From assembly GCF_009914755.1 (NCBI RefSeq), contig NC_060928.1: 64,000 bases of DNA. One strand, given 5' to 3'. Positions 16,674 through 30,190 of the stretch are shown here, piece after piece. Below the pieces are notes generated by a model, which was given only the letters and a program-made list of their open reading frames with translations, was not told where the DNA came from and searched no databases. The position numbers were made by a program, and so were the translations under genes. Source of the DNA: the human T2T-CHM13v2.0 reference genome, Homo sapiens. Numbering within the stretch: the stretch's first letter is position 1; every line of letters starts with the position of its first letter.

Positions 16674-17765
16674 CATTCATAAGTCTTGATAGCAGGGTAA
16701 ACCTCTCCTTAAGTTATACCTATGTATCAAGTAAGCTATCAGCTTCTCTCTCTCTCTCTCTTTCTCTCTGGCTCTTCTGCAATCACTCTGCTATAGCCTT
16801 TTTTTCAATCCTATGACTTTATACCTTTTAAAGTTTGCTTCATTAATATTTTAGAGGAGTTATGAGAGGAATGGTGGTAAGTTTATGTTTTAATATATCA
16901 ATTTACAAGAATTGCCCACTACATTTTAAATGAAAAATTCAAAGGATTTAGGATTAGGTTGCTTTTTCATAAAGATATGAGCATAGCATAGAAAATACTC
17001 TTCAACTATCATGAACTAGGTGATTAGTATTATTTTCATTTTAAGATATTAAAATGTAATGTCTCAGTAAGCTGTCCTAGCATATAAGACATTTGTTATA
17101 AGTATGAAAAGGTACCCTCCTAGATTTTGTTTGAAAGTTCTTGTGAAATTTTTGAGAATTTAAACCACTTGTGATGGCAGCATTTGCAAAAATCTCCCAA
17201 GACAAAGTAATACTAGGGGCTTGTCTATCTGAAGTGAAAACAAGAGGAGGGAAAAAACAGCATCTCTAAAAATTTTTCTTCTATGTATATTAAACATAGA
17301 AACAACAACTCAAAGGCATTGTCAGTAATGCTTTCATCTGAGTGGGTGCTTAGATGGCAGATCATTTTGCTCCCTCTGGGAGGAGCTGTCTGCAAGGAGT
17401 TTAATGAATCAGGCTGTTGCCACTGATCCTCAAAAAGAAAAAGAAAGGAGTCATTGTGTAGACCGATTGTCTGCTAGAATACAGATGATAAAGTTTAGAT
17501 AAAACTTGATTTCCCTCGATAAACCAAAGCGGCCAATGTCTAAGGCAGTGGTCTTTCACTTTTTAAACAATTTATTTAAAAATAATTAATATGTGCATAT
17601 ATATTAAAAAGTCAAGTAGTGCTAAAGACTTTAAAATATATGTGCCCTCCACCATTTCACCTCTCTTAGCCATGTCTTTGGATATTTACATGCATATTTC
17701 AAGGAAAAAAGCACATATACAGCCATCTTTTGATTCATCAATTTTAGATATTATCAGTTGACTTC

Positions 17766-18200
17766 TGTGTTAGTCCAGATTCTCCAAAAGGCAGACACAA
17801 AGGTGGAAAATGTATCAGGAGAAACGCCTGTAGAGATCATGGAGAGGAAACTGGGAGAAGACTGTGAGAGTTCCCAGACTGCCATGTGGGTCTTACCCAG
17901 TGCAGGAGAGAGGGGACAGGAGAAAAGGTATGGGGAATCACCTTAGACTACAGTACCATCTAAGGAAAGGACAGCAAGGCCATTAGAAAGTCCTCGAACC
18001 ACAGTCACCCATAGGAGGGATCCCCAACCCCCGGGAATGGGCCTTACTTAGCATCTGTTTCACTGTCAGTAATTGGCTGAAAGCAGCCCACGGGCAGCAT
18101 GAATGCACTGAATTTCAGAGTGCAGCAACTGGGCTCGCTGGTCTATTTTGCTCCCTGCAGTTGGAGGTCTGAGAGGGGGCGTTCGCTTGCCTGCTACCAC
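17766..18200 (-). mobile_element. Old ERVL-type LTR (LTR40-like)
   Basis: tgtgttagtccagattctcc..gcagacac.. through ..gctaccac; diverged. Confidence 0.5.
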
Positions 18201-18831
18201 GTCCAGTATGACAGGTAAGGATTTTAGCTTCCTTCCACAGCCTCTGCCTGTTTTTCTCCCCTCCAGTATAATTCTATTTCAATTTGGGTTAAATCCATAT
18301 TCACTGTTTTCATTGTCATGATTATGTAAGTTTTGCTTATAACTGAGGCAGATAATGCATCATAATTCTAGTTTATTGTACAGTTTCTGTTTCTCTTAAA
18401 GGTAATAATTGCCTCATTTTTCCCCGTTTGCTTATTTTTCTTTGAACTGATGGACAAAATTTCCCACAATTCTTAATAGCTCTGTAAAATACCTCTTGAT
18501 ATAAATTTTCATATCATCAAACTTATAGCAAATCTGCTAAATTCAGGAGTAAGCTGGTAAGTGTTCTATAGAATGTAATTTCCTACAAGGTAGTTAGTTT
18601 TTTAGTTTGTTTTGGTTTTGGTATTCCTCTGTATTATGGTAGTGGAAGGCTGGGATGCTATAGAACTCAATTTAATATTGTAGAATTGAATTAAAGCAAG
18701 GAGACCTTTACTAATTTGCAAACATATTGTTAATCTTGCCACATTTCTATGAGGTCAAAAAATGCATCATCAAATACTTATTGCACTTTCTGTGTGGCAA
18801 CTAGCTAGTTGATCACTAATTTCTTTCCTCC

Positions 18832-19390
18832 TTGTGGAAGATTGTATTTTCCAGAGAAGACCAGAACATTACCCATCCTGCATATTCTTCTTATAATATA
18901 GCTTTAGCTTCCATCTATCAAGAGATGGAGGCTCTATCTCCTTCCCTTGAAAGTGAGCAGGCTTTGGGGACAGTTTCAGCCAGTAGAATACAGCAGAAAT
19001 GATGCTACATGACTTCCCAGGGTAGGTAAAAAAAGGTGACACAACTTTTATCTTTGATGAAACATTTGTGGGACTCCTAAGTCACTCCGTAAGCAGTGTG
19101 ACTGCCCTGAGGTGCTATATTGTGAGGAAGGTCAAACTAGCCCCTGGGAGGGAAGCCCCTAAGTCTACGTGAGGAGAGCCATCCAGCAGCACTCAGATGC
19201 TCTAGTCCCCACAGGCTCCAGACCCATGCAGCTTCTGTCATTGTGCAAATCCATGAGAAACCATGAGCCAGAAAAGCTCAGTTGAGCCCTCTCCAAATTC
19301 CTGGCCCACAGAAACCGTGACAGACAAATTATGATTGTTTTAAGCCACTAAATTTTGGGGTGATTAGTTGGCACAATAGTGAATAGAACA
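18832..19390 (+). mobile_element. MLT1G/H-like MaLR LTR
   Basis: tgtggaagattg...ttgttttaagccactaaattttggggtg...aatagaaca. Confidence 0.65.
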
Positions 19391-20356
19391 CTTGTCTTCC
19401 TAGGTACACAAAAATCAGAAGTGCCCGAGTTCCCAAGAGTGCAAGAGGAAGTTATATACTTCTAAGCTTAGCACAAAAGCCTCCATGTGTGATCCTCCAT
19501 TCCTTTTTCCCTTCTGCTACCTGAATCCAGAGGACATAGGGAAGTAGCATAATTCCCTGAATGGCCATGTTGAAGGTTTCAGACTTCATGTGAATGATAA
19601 AATGTTATTCTGTAACCACCAGGATCTAGGGAGTTACCTGTTGCAGTGATTAGTGCTATTTAAGTTATTAGTGTTACTAATAGAATAGCATTTTATCATT
19701 CACGTTATAGTGGCTTACACCACACAACTATCTTGCTGCATTTACTCAAGAAATATGTGTCAAATGGCAGTCAGGCACTGTATCAGGTGCTGTGGATACA
19801 GTGGTAAATAGGAGGGTGCTTGTTCTCTTGGAGCTTACATTCTCATGGAAAGGAGAGAACCACAAAATAAGTAAACAGGCTGGGCGCGGTGGCTCATGCC
19901 TGTAATCCCAGCACTTTAGGAGGCCGAGGTGGGTGGAACACTTGAGGTCAGGAGTTCGAGACCAGCCTGGCCAACATGGTGAAACCCCGTCTCTACTAAA
20001 AATACAAAAATTAGCTGGGCGTGGTGGCGCACCTGTAATCCCAGCTACTCCCTATACACCTTTATGTCCTTTCAAAAGAATCCTTTCGGACACTGAAATG
20101 CTTCAGACTTCTTTTTCCTTCTTTTCCTGCTGTGGATTCGGTCTCACTTGGCTAGAGAATTATAATGATACATGCATCCCAGCCTTATTTCACAGCTGCT
20201 TCTCTAAAACCTGTGATCTCTAGGCTCTGCTGGAATTGAACAAATGTGAGACTAATAAGAGATGAGGTCAGAGAGTTAACAACGGATCAGATTGTGAAGG
20301 GCTTTACTCTAAGGGAGACAAAAGAGAAGGGCCCTAAGCATTATAAGTCTTTTCAT

Positions 20357-20674
20357 TTGTTTGTTTTTTTGAGACAGGATCTTGCTCTGTCACCTAGGCT
20401 TAACTTCGGTGGTACAATCTCGGCTCACTGCAGCCTCTACCTCCCAGGCTCAAGCGATCCTCCCACCTCAGCCTCCAGAGTAGGTAGGACCTCAGGTGCG
20501 CACCACCACACCTGGCTAATTTTGTTTATTTTTTGTAGAGATGAGGCGTCTCACTCTGTTTGTTGCCCAGGCTGGTCTCAAAGTCCTGGGCTCAAGTGAT
20601 CCACCTGCCTCAGCCTCTCAATCTGTCAGTATTTCAATGTGCCGGTATTACAGGCATGAGCCACTGTGCCCGGC
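20357..20674 (-). mobile_element. AluJ within L2
   Basis: Alu consensus. Confidence 0.85.
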
Positions 20675-21572
20675 CGGTAAGTTTTATACTTAAAAAGATG
20701 ACACTGCCATGTGGGGAATACTGCAGGAAGCTCAAGAAGAAGCAGGAGAACACTTAGGCTATTGCAACCTTCCAGGCAGAGCAAAATGATTTGGATCAGG
20801 CAAGTAGCAGGACCAATGGTGGGAAGTGATTGAATTCTGGTCATAGTTTGCAAGAATGGTGGAGGGGATTTGCTGATGGTTTAGATATGAAGATGAAGAG
20901 TGACAGTCAATGATTACTCCAAGGATTTTAGTCGGAGAAGTCAGAAAGATGGAGTTGCCAACTACTGTGATAAAGAAGACTATGAGAAAAACAGGTTTGG
21001 GAAATAATATTGAGAGTTTGGTTTTGGAAATGTTAAACTTGACATATGTTTTAGACATCACATGCTTCATCTTATTATTTGCCAAAATCATTCTGAAAAT
21101 AAGTATTACAGTCAATTTTGTTTTATAGATGAGGAAACTGAAGTTGAGAGAAGTTAATTGCTCAAGCTCACACACTAGTAGGGGCAGAGCCAAATTTAGA
21201 ATCTGAGTATTTTGGAATTCAAAATCAGGGCTCATCCCACTACCAAGCTGTGCTTACCCATTTCTACAGGCTATTTTTCGCCTTATTCTCTAAATGACCT
21301 ACACATTTTCCAAATTGGTTTTTCTACACATTCTTTTTAATAACTATCCATCTTTGGTTTCCTGCTACTACATGTGGCCTGACAATTAGACACATGATCT
21401 TTCTGTGATGCCCATGCATGGCAGATTGCTAATATCAAGTCTCCCCTGAATTGCAAATGTATACATGGATTCCTAGCTAGATACTACATTCCCAGGTCTT
21501 GTCACAGCTAGGTGTGACCATGTGACTAAGTTAAGGCTGGTGTGGAAATGTGTGCAAATTCCAGGTTGTGTA

Positions 21573-22005
21573 CAGTGGACCCTTGAACAAGAGGGTTAAG
21601 GGTACTAGCCTCCTGCACAGTTTAAAATCTAAATATAGCTTTTGACTCTCCCCAAACTTAACTACTAATAGCCTACTGTTGACTGAAGCCTTACTAATAA
21701 CATGAACAATTAACACATATTTTGTATATTATATTTGTTATATACTGTATTCTTACAATGAAGTAAGCTAGGAAAAAGAAAATGTTATTAAGAAAATAAG
21801 GAAGAGAAAATACATTTGCTGTTTTTCAAGTGGAAGTGAATCATTGAAAGGTCTTCATCCTAGTCATCTTTATGTTGAATAGGTTGAGGAGGAGGAGGAA
21901 GAGTAAGGGTCAGTCTTGCTGTCTCAGGGGTGGTAGAGGCAGAATAAAATCCATGGTCTAAGTGGACACATGCAGTTCAAATCCTTGTTGTTCAAGGGTC
22001 ACCTG
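21573..22005 (+). mobile_element. Tigger2a-like DNA transposon inside an MLT1 LTR (about 21415-22270)
   Basis: TIRs cagtggacccttgaacaa / ttgttcaagggtcacctg, preceded by TA. Confidence 0.8.
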
Positions 22006-22314
22006 TGCTTAGAAGAAAGCTGCTTGCCCTCCACTTCCTCTTTCCCACTTCCTTTGGACTAGAACAAGGGGTGTGCTGGTGGACAAGGGGCACACCCTAC
22101 ACAAAGATGGAGCAACAAGATAGAAAGAGTTTGGGTCCCTAAATGATCCCACAGAGCAGTGCTGGCCTCTTCTCTGGGGCCACCTAATAGCTTACACTAA
22201 ATGACAGAAAACTAAAACTTTTCTTTTGTGTAAGCTTGTATTAAAAACAGCTGAGCCACGGTCTTAGCCAAATATATCATGAATAAGTCACAATGCACTA
22301 CAGCTTCCCAGAAG

Positions 22315-22545
22315 GCAATATGGCATTGTGGTTAAGCATATGGACTCTAGAATTAGACTGTGGGTCTGTCTAATCCTGGCTATGTCATTCAGTCTTGGCC
22401 TAGTTATAGAATTTCTCTGTGCCTTAGGTCTTTTATCTTAAAGTAGAGACAATAAAAGTATCTACCTCATACGGTTAAATAATATATACAGGACATTTAT
22501 AGCACTGGTTGGGGCATTTTAAGGGCTCAGTAAATATTAGCTATA
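22315..22545 (+). mobile_element. MIR
   Basis: gtggttaagcatatggactctag...tctctgtgcctt...tacctcat core. Confidence 0.65.
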
Positions 22546-22846
22546 TAAATAACTTATCCAAACAGGTAAGAATAGGCTATTAACATTGAAAGCAAATATT
22601 GACCATGATATATTTTATTTGAGTAGGGGTGCGTGAGGATCCCCACTCAGTGCCTTCCTCTTACCATTCCTGGCTGTGGTAGAAAGGCTAGATGTCCACC
22701 AAAACCTCATGCTGCACAGTATGGAATTACTACTGAGAATCTGCTGCCCAGACAAAGGTAGTTTATTCCCAGACCCTCTCCACTAATTCTGGGTTTGGGG
22801 TTTTAAACAAAAATTTTTGGTAAAATATACATAACATAAAATGTAA

Positions 22847-23023
<177 letters not shown>

Positions 23024-23380
23024 TGAGTAGCTGGGATTACAGGTGCACGCCACCATGGCTGGCTAATTTTTGTACTTTTAGTAGAGACAGAGTTCCCCCA
23101 TGTTGGCCAGGCTGGTCTCAAACTCCTGACCTCAAGTGATCCACCTGCCTCCGCCTCCCAAAATGCTGGGATTACAGGCGTAAGCCACCACACCCGGGTC
23201 ATGGCTAATTTTTTAAATTTTTTGTCAGAAGGTACATCTTTTGGCCAGGTGCGGTGGCTCACGCCTGTAATCTCAGCACTTCGGGAGGCCGAGGCAGGCA
23301 CATTGTTGTGCAAGCATCACCACTGTCTCTAGAACTCTGTCATCATTCCAACTGGAACTCAGTACTCATTTTAAAACTTT

Positions 23381-23707
23381 CATGTCCTTTGCAGGGACAT
23401 GGATGAAGCTGGAAACCATCATCTCGGCAAACTAACACAGGAACAGAAAACCAAACACTGCATGTTTTCACTCATAAGTGGGAGTGGAACAATGAGAACA
23501 CATGGACACAGGGAGGGGAACATCACACACTGGGGCCTGTCAGGGGATAGGGGGCTAGGAGAGGGATAGCATTAGGAGAAATACCTAATGTAGATGACAG
23601 GTTGATGGGTGCAGCAAACCACCATGGCACGTGTACACCTATGTAACAGACCTGCACGTTTTGCACATGTATCCCAGAACTTAAAGTATAATTAAAAAAA
23701 AAAAAAA
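23381..23707 (+). mobile_element. L1PA 3' end fragment with poly(A)
   Basis: catgtcctttgcagggacatggatgaagctggaaaccatc...acttaaagtataattaaaaaaa. Confidence 0.9.
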
Positions 23708-23797
23708 GCTTCTCATTCCCTGCTCCCCACAAGCCTTGGTAACTATTCTTCTATTTTCTGTCTCCATAGATGTGACTATCTCAGGTACTTGATGTAA

Positions 23798-24601
<804 letters not shown>

Positions 24602-24887
24602 GGGCTGATGGTTTTTAAGAAGTAGGTGAGGCTTCTTCATTCTCTCTTATACCATTTACTTCAGAGGACTCCGCGGCCCGAGAAAGCAGTTGATTTAGAA
24701 GAAGGAAAGACCCTGCCCTGCAGAATCATTATGGAAGCTACTGAGTGACAAGGCATCCCTGCATTGGTCCTTTATATGAGTAAGAAAAAAACTTTCATTT
24801 TGCTAATTAACATTAGAAATTTTGGATTTATTTCTTACAGCAGTTTATGTTACCCTAACAAATTGTCAGGCTACTCATACTTTTCAA

Positions 24888-26236
24888 TTTTTTTTTGAGA
24901 CAGGATCTCCTTTCATTGCCCAGGCTGGAGTGTAGTGGTGCAATCATAGCTCACTCGGGTCTCAAACTCCTGGGCTCAAGCCATCCTCCTACCTCAACCT
25001 CCTGAGTAGCTGGGGCTATAGGTGCATACCACCACATTCAGCTAATTAAAAAAAAAAATTGTGGAGACAGGGTCCATATTGCCCAGGCTGGTCTCAAACT
25101 CCTGAGCTCGAGCGATCTCCCTTCCTCAGCCTCTTAAAGTGCTGGATGTACAAGCATGAGCCACTGTACCCCAAAGGCTACTCACGCTTTACTTAACTTG
25201 GCAAAACATTTTTTGTCACCTGATCCAACAAAGTGATTATTCTCTCTCTTTATCCCACAACAATTTCTCTGCTTCTAGAAAACCACTGTTCTGTAAAAAT
25301 AAATAAAACAAACAATATTGAGGGGTCTTTTCCTTTTCCCATGCATCCTGCCATGAAAATAATATGATTTCTTTTCCAGAACCTACTCTGATGAGCTCAT
25401 TTCCCACTCTGTCTGAACTAAGAAAAGATATTCCTTTGTGTGAACCCAGATGACACCTCTGTCCAATGTGTTTTGATTTTACTGAAAGGGATCAAAGTTC
25501 TTCACACCGAAATCACCAGACTCCCACATGGGCAGGGGCTTGGGCAAATAAAGAGCTGCTGCTGCCATTGGATTTTGCACTGCCCCCACATGGGTTTTGT
25601 TTGTTTTTGTTTGAGCTTTGCCAGCAAAGATTTATAATCCTTACCTTTCTGCTGTTTAGCAAGGTTCTGAAAAAAGAGGACAGCACCTCCTATGAAGAGC
25701 ATGGAGACCCTAACGAGATGCAGCCACCTCTGGTGATACGTTATGTAAGCATGAATAAGCACACTTAAGGTCTTATGCTGACAGGATAGACTACAGAGTA
25801 ACCTTGCCTTCTCCAAATTTGCAAGACTTCAGGAGTTTGAGAGATCTCCAGTCTATTTCCTTTCCCTCAGATCTATTTTCAAATCATTTCTTATTTTTCT
25901 TTTCTTTTCTTTCTTTCTTTGTTTCATTTTTTTCTTTCTTTTCTTTTTTTTTTTTGGCAGGGGTCTCACTCTGTTGCCTACATTTGAATGCAATGGCGCC
26001 ATGATAAGTCACTGCAGCCTTGACCTCTCAGGTTCAAGTGATCCTCCCACCTCAGCTTCCTAAGTAGCTTGGACTACAGTGGCACACGACCATACCTGGC
26101 TAATTTTTTTATTTTTTTTAGAGACAAGGTCTTGCTATGTTGTCCAGGCCAATTTTGATCTCTTGGGCCCAAGCAATCTTCTTCCCTTGTCATCCCAAAA
26201 TGTTGGGATTACAGGTGTGAGCCACTGCACCCAGCC
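24888..26236 (-). mobile_element. Two AluJ (24888-25172, 25893-26236)
   Basis: Alu consensus; sequence between them is non-Alu. Confidence 0.8.
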
Positions 26237-26519
26237 TTCAGCTCATTTGAAAGAGGTAAATTGCTCTTCAAGACACCCAAGGGTGGATTTTTCTTGGATT
26301 CAATCTGAAATGAACAGAAAGTAGGGAATAAAAATTTGAAATGTAGATTGGAAAAGTCAAGAGACAGTAATTGATTCCATCTCTGCATGACCAAAGTAGC
26401 CCAAGTTTGGTCATTCTGGGATCTTAGAGTTGGCATTAGTTGAAGCACCGAGACTTATTGTCTCTGGCCACACTAGCTCCTGGGGCACCAGCTCTCAAAG
26501 GCCTCACCCTGAACAGGGA

Positions 26520-26760
26520 ATATGGGTGGGTATGGGTAGGATAGAAAGGGAAGGAGGGATGGAAGAAAGGACTGGGAATTTGAAACATCAGAAATAGGGG
26601 AGGAGAGGCAGAATGAGGCGGGAAAAATAGGTTAGGTGGTGGGAGAACTAGAAGGGGAAGAAATGGAAGAAGAAAGGAGAATAAGATGGAAAAGAAAAGG
26701 GAAAGGAAGGATGGAAAATGGGAAGGAGAGAGAGGAAGAATGAGGGAAATGGATGGGAAC
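26520..26760. repeat. GA-rich low-complexity tract
   Basis: Strong purine bias on the + strand. Confidence 0.7.
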
Positions 26761-27877
26761 TAACATTCACTAAGGACTTTTTAGGTAAATGATAAACAAC
26801 CTTGAGGCTGGAGTCTCGCTTTCCAGCTTAAAGGGACTGGGACTGTGGCAGGGATTTAGGCATTTAAGGCTGTAGTGTCTATAAAATCTTATCCTGGATG
26901 AGACCTTATAGGTACTGAAGGTGCCTTCAGCCAGGATCAGCTACCTAATTTGGGCCCTGTGCAAAATGAAAATGTGGACCCTTTGTTCAAAATTATTAAG
27001 ACTGTCAAGGCCAGGCATGGTGGTTCATGCTCGTAATCTCAGCACTTTAGCCAAGAGTGGTGTGTGCCTATAGTCGCAGCTACTAGGGAGGCAGAGAGCT
27101 AGGAGGATTGCTTGAGCTCAGGAGTTTGAAGTGACAATGAGCTATGATCACACAACTGCATTCATCTGGGTGACACAGTGAGACCCCATCTCTAAAAAAG
27201 AAAAAAAGAAAAAGAAGAAGAAAGTTAGCTGGGTCTCTGGGCAGGAAGTTCCCAGCATTCCCTGATTCTTGCTCAGATATAGAATAACTGAGATTATCAC
27301 TCTTTATTTTTACCTTCCCATAGTATGTGATTTCCATCAAATTAAGGATTTTAAAAGGGCAAAGTTGTAAGTTTTACTCGAAAGATGCCAATTACATATA
27401 GAGAAATTAGCACTCACAGAAAAAAAAGTTTAATCCAAAAATATTTCATTTTGAAATAATTTCAAATGTATAAAGCTGCGGCAAAAATAGTACAAGTATA
27501 GCCTTCACCAGTTTCTCCAAATGGTGACAACTTACAGAAACTATGGTACAATTATTAAAACTGGTAAACTAACATTGTTATTATGTTATAACTAATCTAC
27601 AGACCTTATTCAAATTTGCCAATTGTGCCACTGATTTTAAAATATGCAAACTAGTTTTGTAGTAAGATGTAGTTAATAACATATAGTTTTTGATATAAAA
27701 TTTTTTTCCTAAAATGTGCAGAGCATCTGAGTTGTTTGAAGTCTTAGGGCAAACACTAAGACACTTTGATGCTACTGAAAATCTGAAGTTGTCACATAAA
27801 GGCAGTCTCTAAGATTATCCAGTTTTAGTGCTTGAATGGGGGAGTTTGTTTCCTCTTAACTTGGGAAAGATGAGCTG

Positions 27878-28252
27878 GTGTTATAGACTGGATGTGTTTC
27901 CTTCCAAAGTCTTATGGTGAAACCCTATCCTCTAAGGTGGTGGTATTAGGGGGTGGGGACTTTGTGGGGTGGTGGGTACTGAGAACATAAGAATGGAGCC
28001 CACATGAATGGGACTAGTGTCCCTAAAAGAAGACATATGAGAGAGTTTGCGTCTCTCCTCTCTGCCATGTGAGGCTACAAGGAGAAAACAGCCACCAGCA
28101 AACCAGGAAGTGGGCTCTCACCAGACACGAGATCTGCTGGTGCCTTGATCTCGGATTTCCCAGCTCCAGAATGGTGAGAAATAAATGTTGGTTGTTTAAG
28201 CCACCCAGTTGTCTATGCTATTTGTGTTATAGCAGCCTGAGTTGACTAAGAC
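27878..28252 (+). mobile_element. MLT1A/B-like MaLR LTR
   Basis: tgttatagactgg...gccttgatctcggatttcccagc...gactaagaca. Confidence 0.7.
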
Positions 28253-28347
28253 AGTGAATTTCAATAACAATGAAACAAATCCCTAGATTTTAAAAAAATT
28301 GAACATTTTACCCATTAATCAGCCTTGTCACTTCTTTGAGTATGCCC

Positions 28348-29301
28348 TGATATAGTTTGAGTGTGTCCTCCAAATTTCACATGTTAGAAACACAATCCCC
28401 AAATTCATATGTTTATTGGAGGTGGGGCCTTTGGGAAGTACTTAGGATTAGGTAAAATCATCAGGACGGGGCCCTCATGATGGAACTGGCGGCTTTATAA
28501 GAAGAAAAGAGACCTGAGCTGACACGCTTGCTCTGTCTTGCCATGTGATGCCTCCCACCATGTTGTGATCCAGCAGGAAGGCCCCCACCAGATGCTGGTG
28601 AGACAGGAAAAATACAGGGTGGTCACAGAATAGAAAATTCTAAGCATCAGTTTCACAGGACTAACAAAAGGAAACTGTTGAAATAGCTGCAGAAGCTAGG
28701 GGCTGATAAGACCCTAAAACCCAGGATGTGGGCCAGGCTGGCTAAGACCAACTGGACCCAACATGGAACTGGATTTGACCTAGATTTCACCTAGGACCTC
28801 ATTATATGCTCATTAACATACTCACTCACAAACCCATTGATGCCATGACAGTTCTGGGAACACCCATATTTGGGGTAAAAATGGGTGGCACCACAGTTCT
28901 GAGAAATCTTCATCTTTTTCCAGGAATCTTCATGAATATTCCAGCCCTTGGTTAAAGAACCCCATAAACGTGGAAGCCCCAAACTTCATTGTATTACTGA
29001 CTCTCTTGAGTACACCCTCAATTCCCCTTTCTTGAATGTGTACTTTTCTCTTTGCAGTAAATCTTTCACTATTTTCTGACTCATCCTTGAATTTTTTCTT
29101 GTGACAGTGTCAAGAACCTGGACACCGGCTGAAGTCAGGGTCCCACCAGCATTTGGGGACCTCCCCCAGCCCATTCATATCATTGGCACCATGTTCTTGG
29201 ACTTCTCAGCCTCTGGATTGGTAAACTAATTAAACCTTTATTCTTTATAAATTACCCAGTCTGGGGTACTCAGTTACAGCAACAGAAAATGGACTAAGAC
29301 A
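28348..29301 (+). mobile_element. MaLR LTR (MST/MLT1A-like) split by the MER41-family LTR
   Basis: tgatatagtttga start; ccagatgctgg|...|caccatgttcttggacttc; ends ggactaagaca. Confidence 0.75.
28599..29182 (+). mobile_element. MER41-family (C/D/E-like) ERV1 solo LTR nested in a MaLR LTR
   Basis: TG...CA ends, near-TSD CTGG/TTGG, MER41-type core (ctcattatatgctcattaacat, gccatgacagttc, ttcatgaatattcc). Confidence 0.7.
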
Positions 29302-29475
29302 TGCCCTCTGCCCAGTTATATATCATGTAGCATAATGATTACCCTGATATATGTAATATTTTTTTTGGGTCTTGATAATATAAAATGGCCTAACTTGGAT
29401 TGGATTAATATGAAATAAAGGAGATTTCCAATAATATGATATGTAGGATTTGCTTACAAATAATAAGAGGTAGAG

Positions 29476-29758
29476 GGCCAGGCACAGTGTCTCACACCTG
29501 TAATCCCAGCACTTTGGGAGGCTGAGGCGGGCAGATCACAAGGCCAGGAGATTGAGACAATCCTGGCTAATACAGTGAAATCCTGTCTCTACTAAAAATA
29601 CAAAAAATTTGCCAGGCGTGGAGGCACGTGACTGTAGTCTCAGCTACTCAGGAGGCTGAGGCAAGAGAATCGCTTGAACCCAGGAGGCGAAGGTTACAGT
29701 GAGCTGAGATCACACCACTGCACTCTAACCTGGGCGACAAAGCCAGACTCCATCTCAA

Positions 29759-29797
<39 letters not shown>
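29476..29797 (+). mobile_element. AluS with (AAT)n tail
   Basis: Alu consensus. Confidence 0.9.
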
Positions 29798-29798
<1 letters not shown>

Positions 29799-29799
29799 G

Positions 29800-30190
29800 G
29801 TAGAATCAACCCAAACATACATTGATAGATGAATGTAAAAAAAGGTAGAATATATAAAATGGAATATTCTGCAACTTTAAAAAGAAGGAAATCCTGTCAC
29901 ATGCTGTAACATAATGAACCTTGAGGACTTTATGCTAAGTGAAATACATTAGTCAAAAAAGGATAAACACTGTATGATTCTGCTCTTATGAAGTATCCAA
30001 AGTACACAAAATCACAGAACAAAAAGTAGAAGGTGGTGCCAAGGGATTGGGGAAAGAGGGAGGCAGAATTAGCATTAAGTGGCTGTAGAGTTTCAGTTTT
30101 GTAAGATGAGAAGTTCTGGACCTGTTGAACAGCAATGTGCATATAGTTAATTCTACTGCAGTGTACACCTAAAAACAGTTAAGTTGGTGG
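29800..30190 (+). mobile_element. L1MB-like 3' fragment (continues after THE1 at 32659-32700)
   Basis: atgaaccttgaggactttatgctaagtgaaata...gtttcagttttgtaagatgagaagttctgga. Confidence 0.75.

Noticed and set aside
25664-25744. Possible + strand 81-nt exon (tttagcaag|GTTCTG...TTAT|gtaagc)
   Set aside because: Splice-like signals alone are common; no partner exons or recognisable protein
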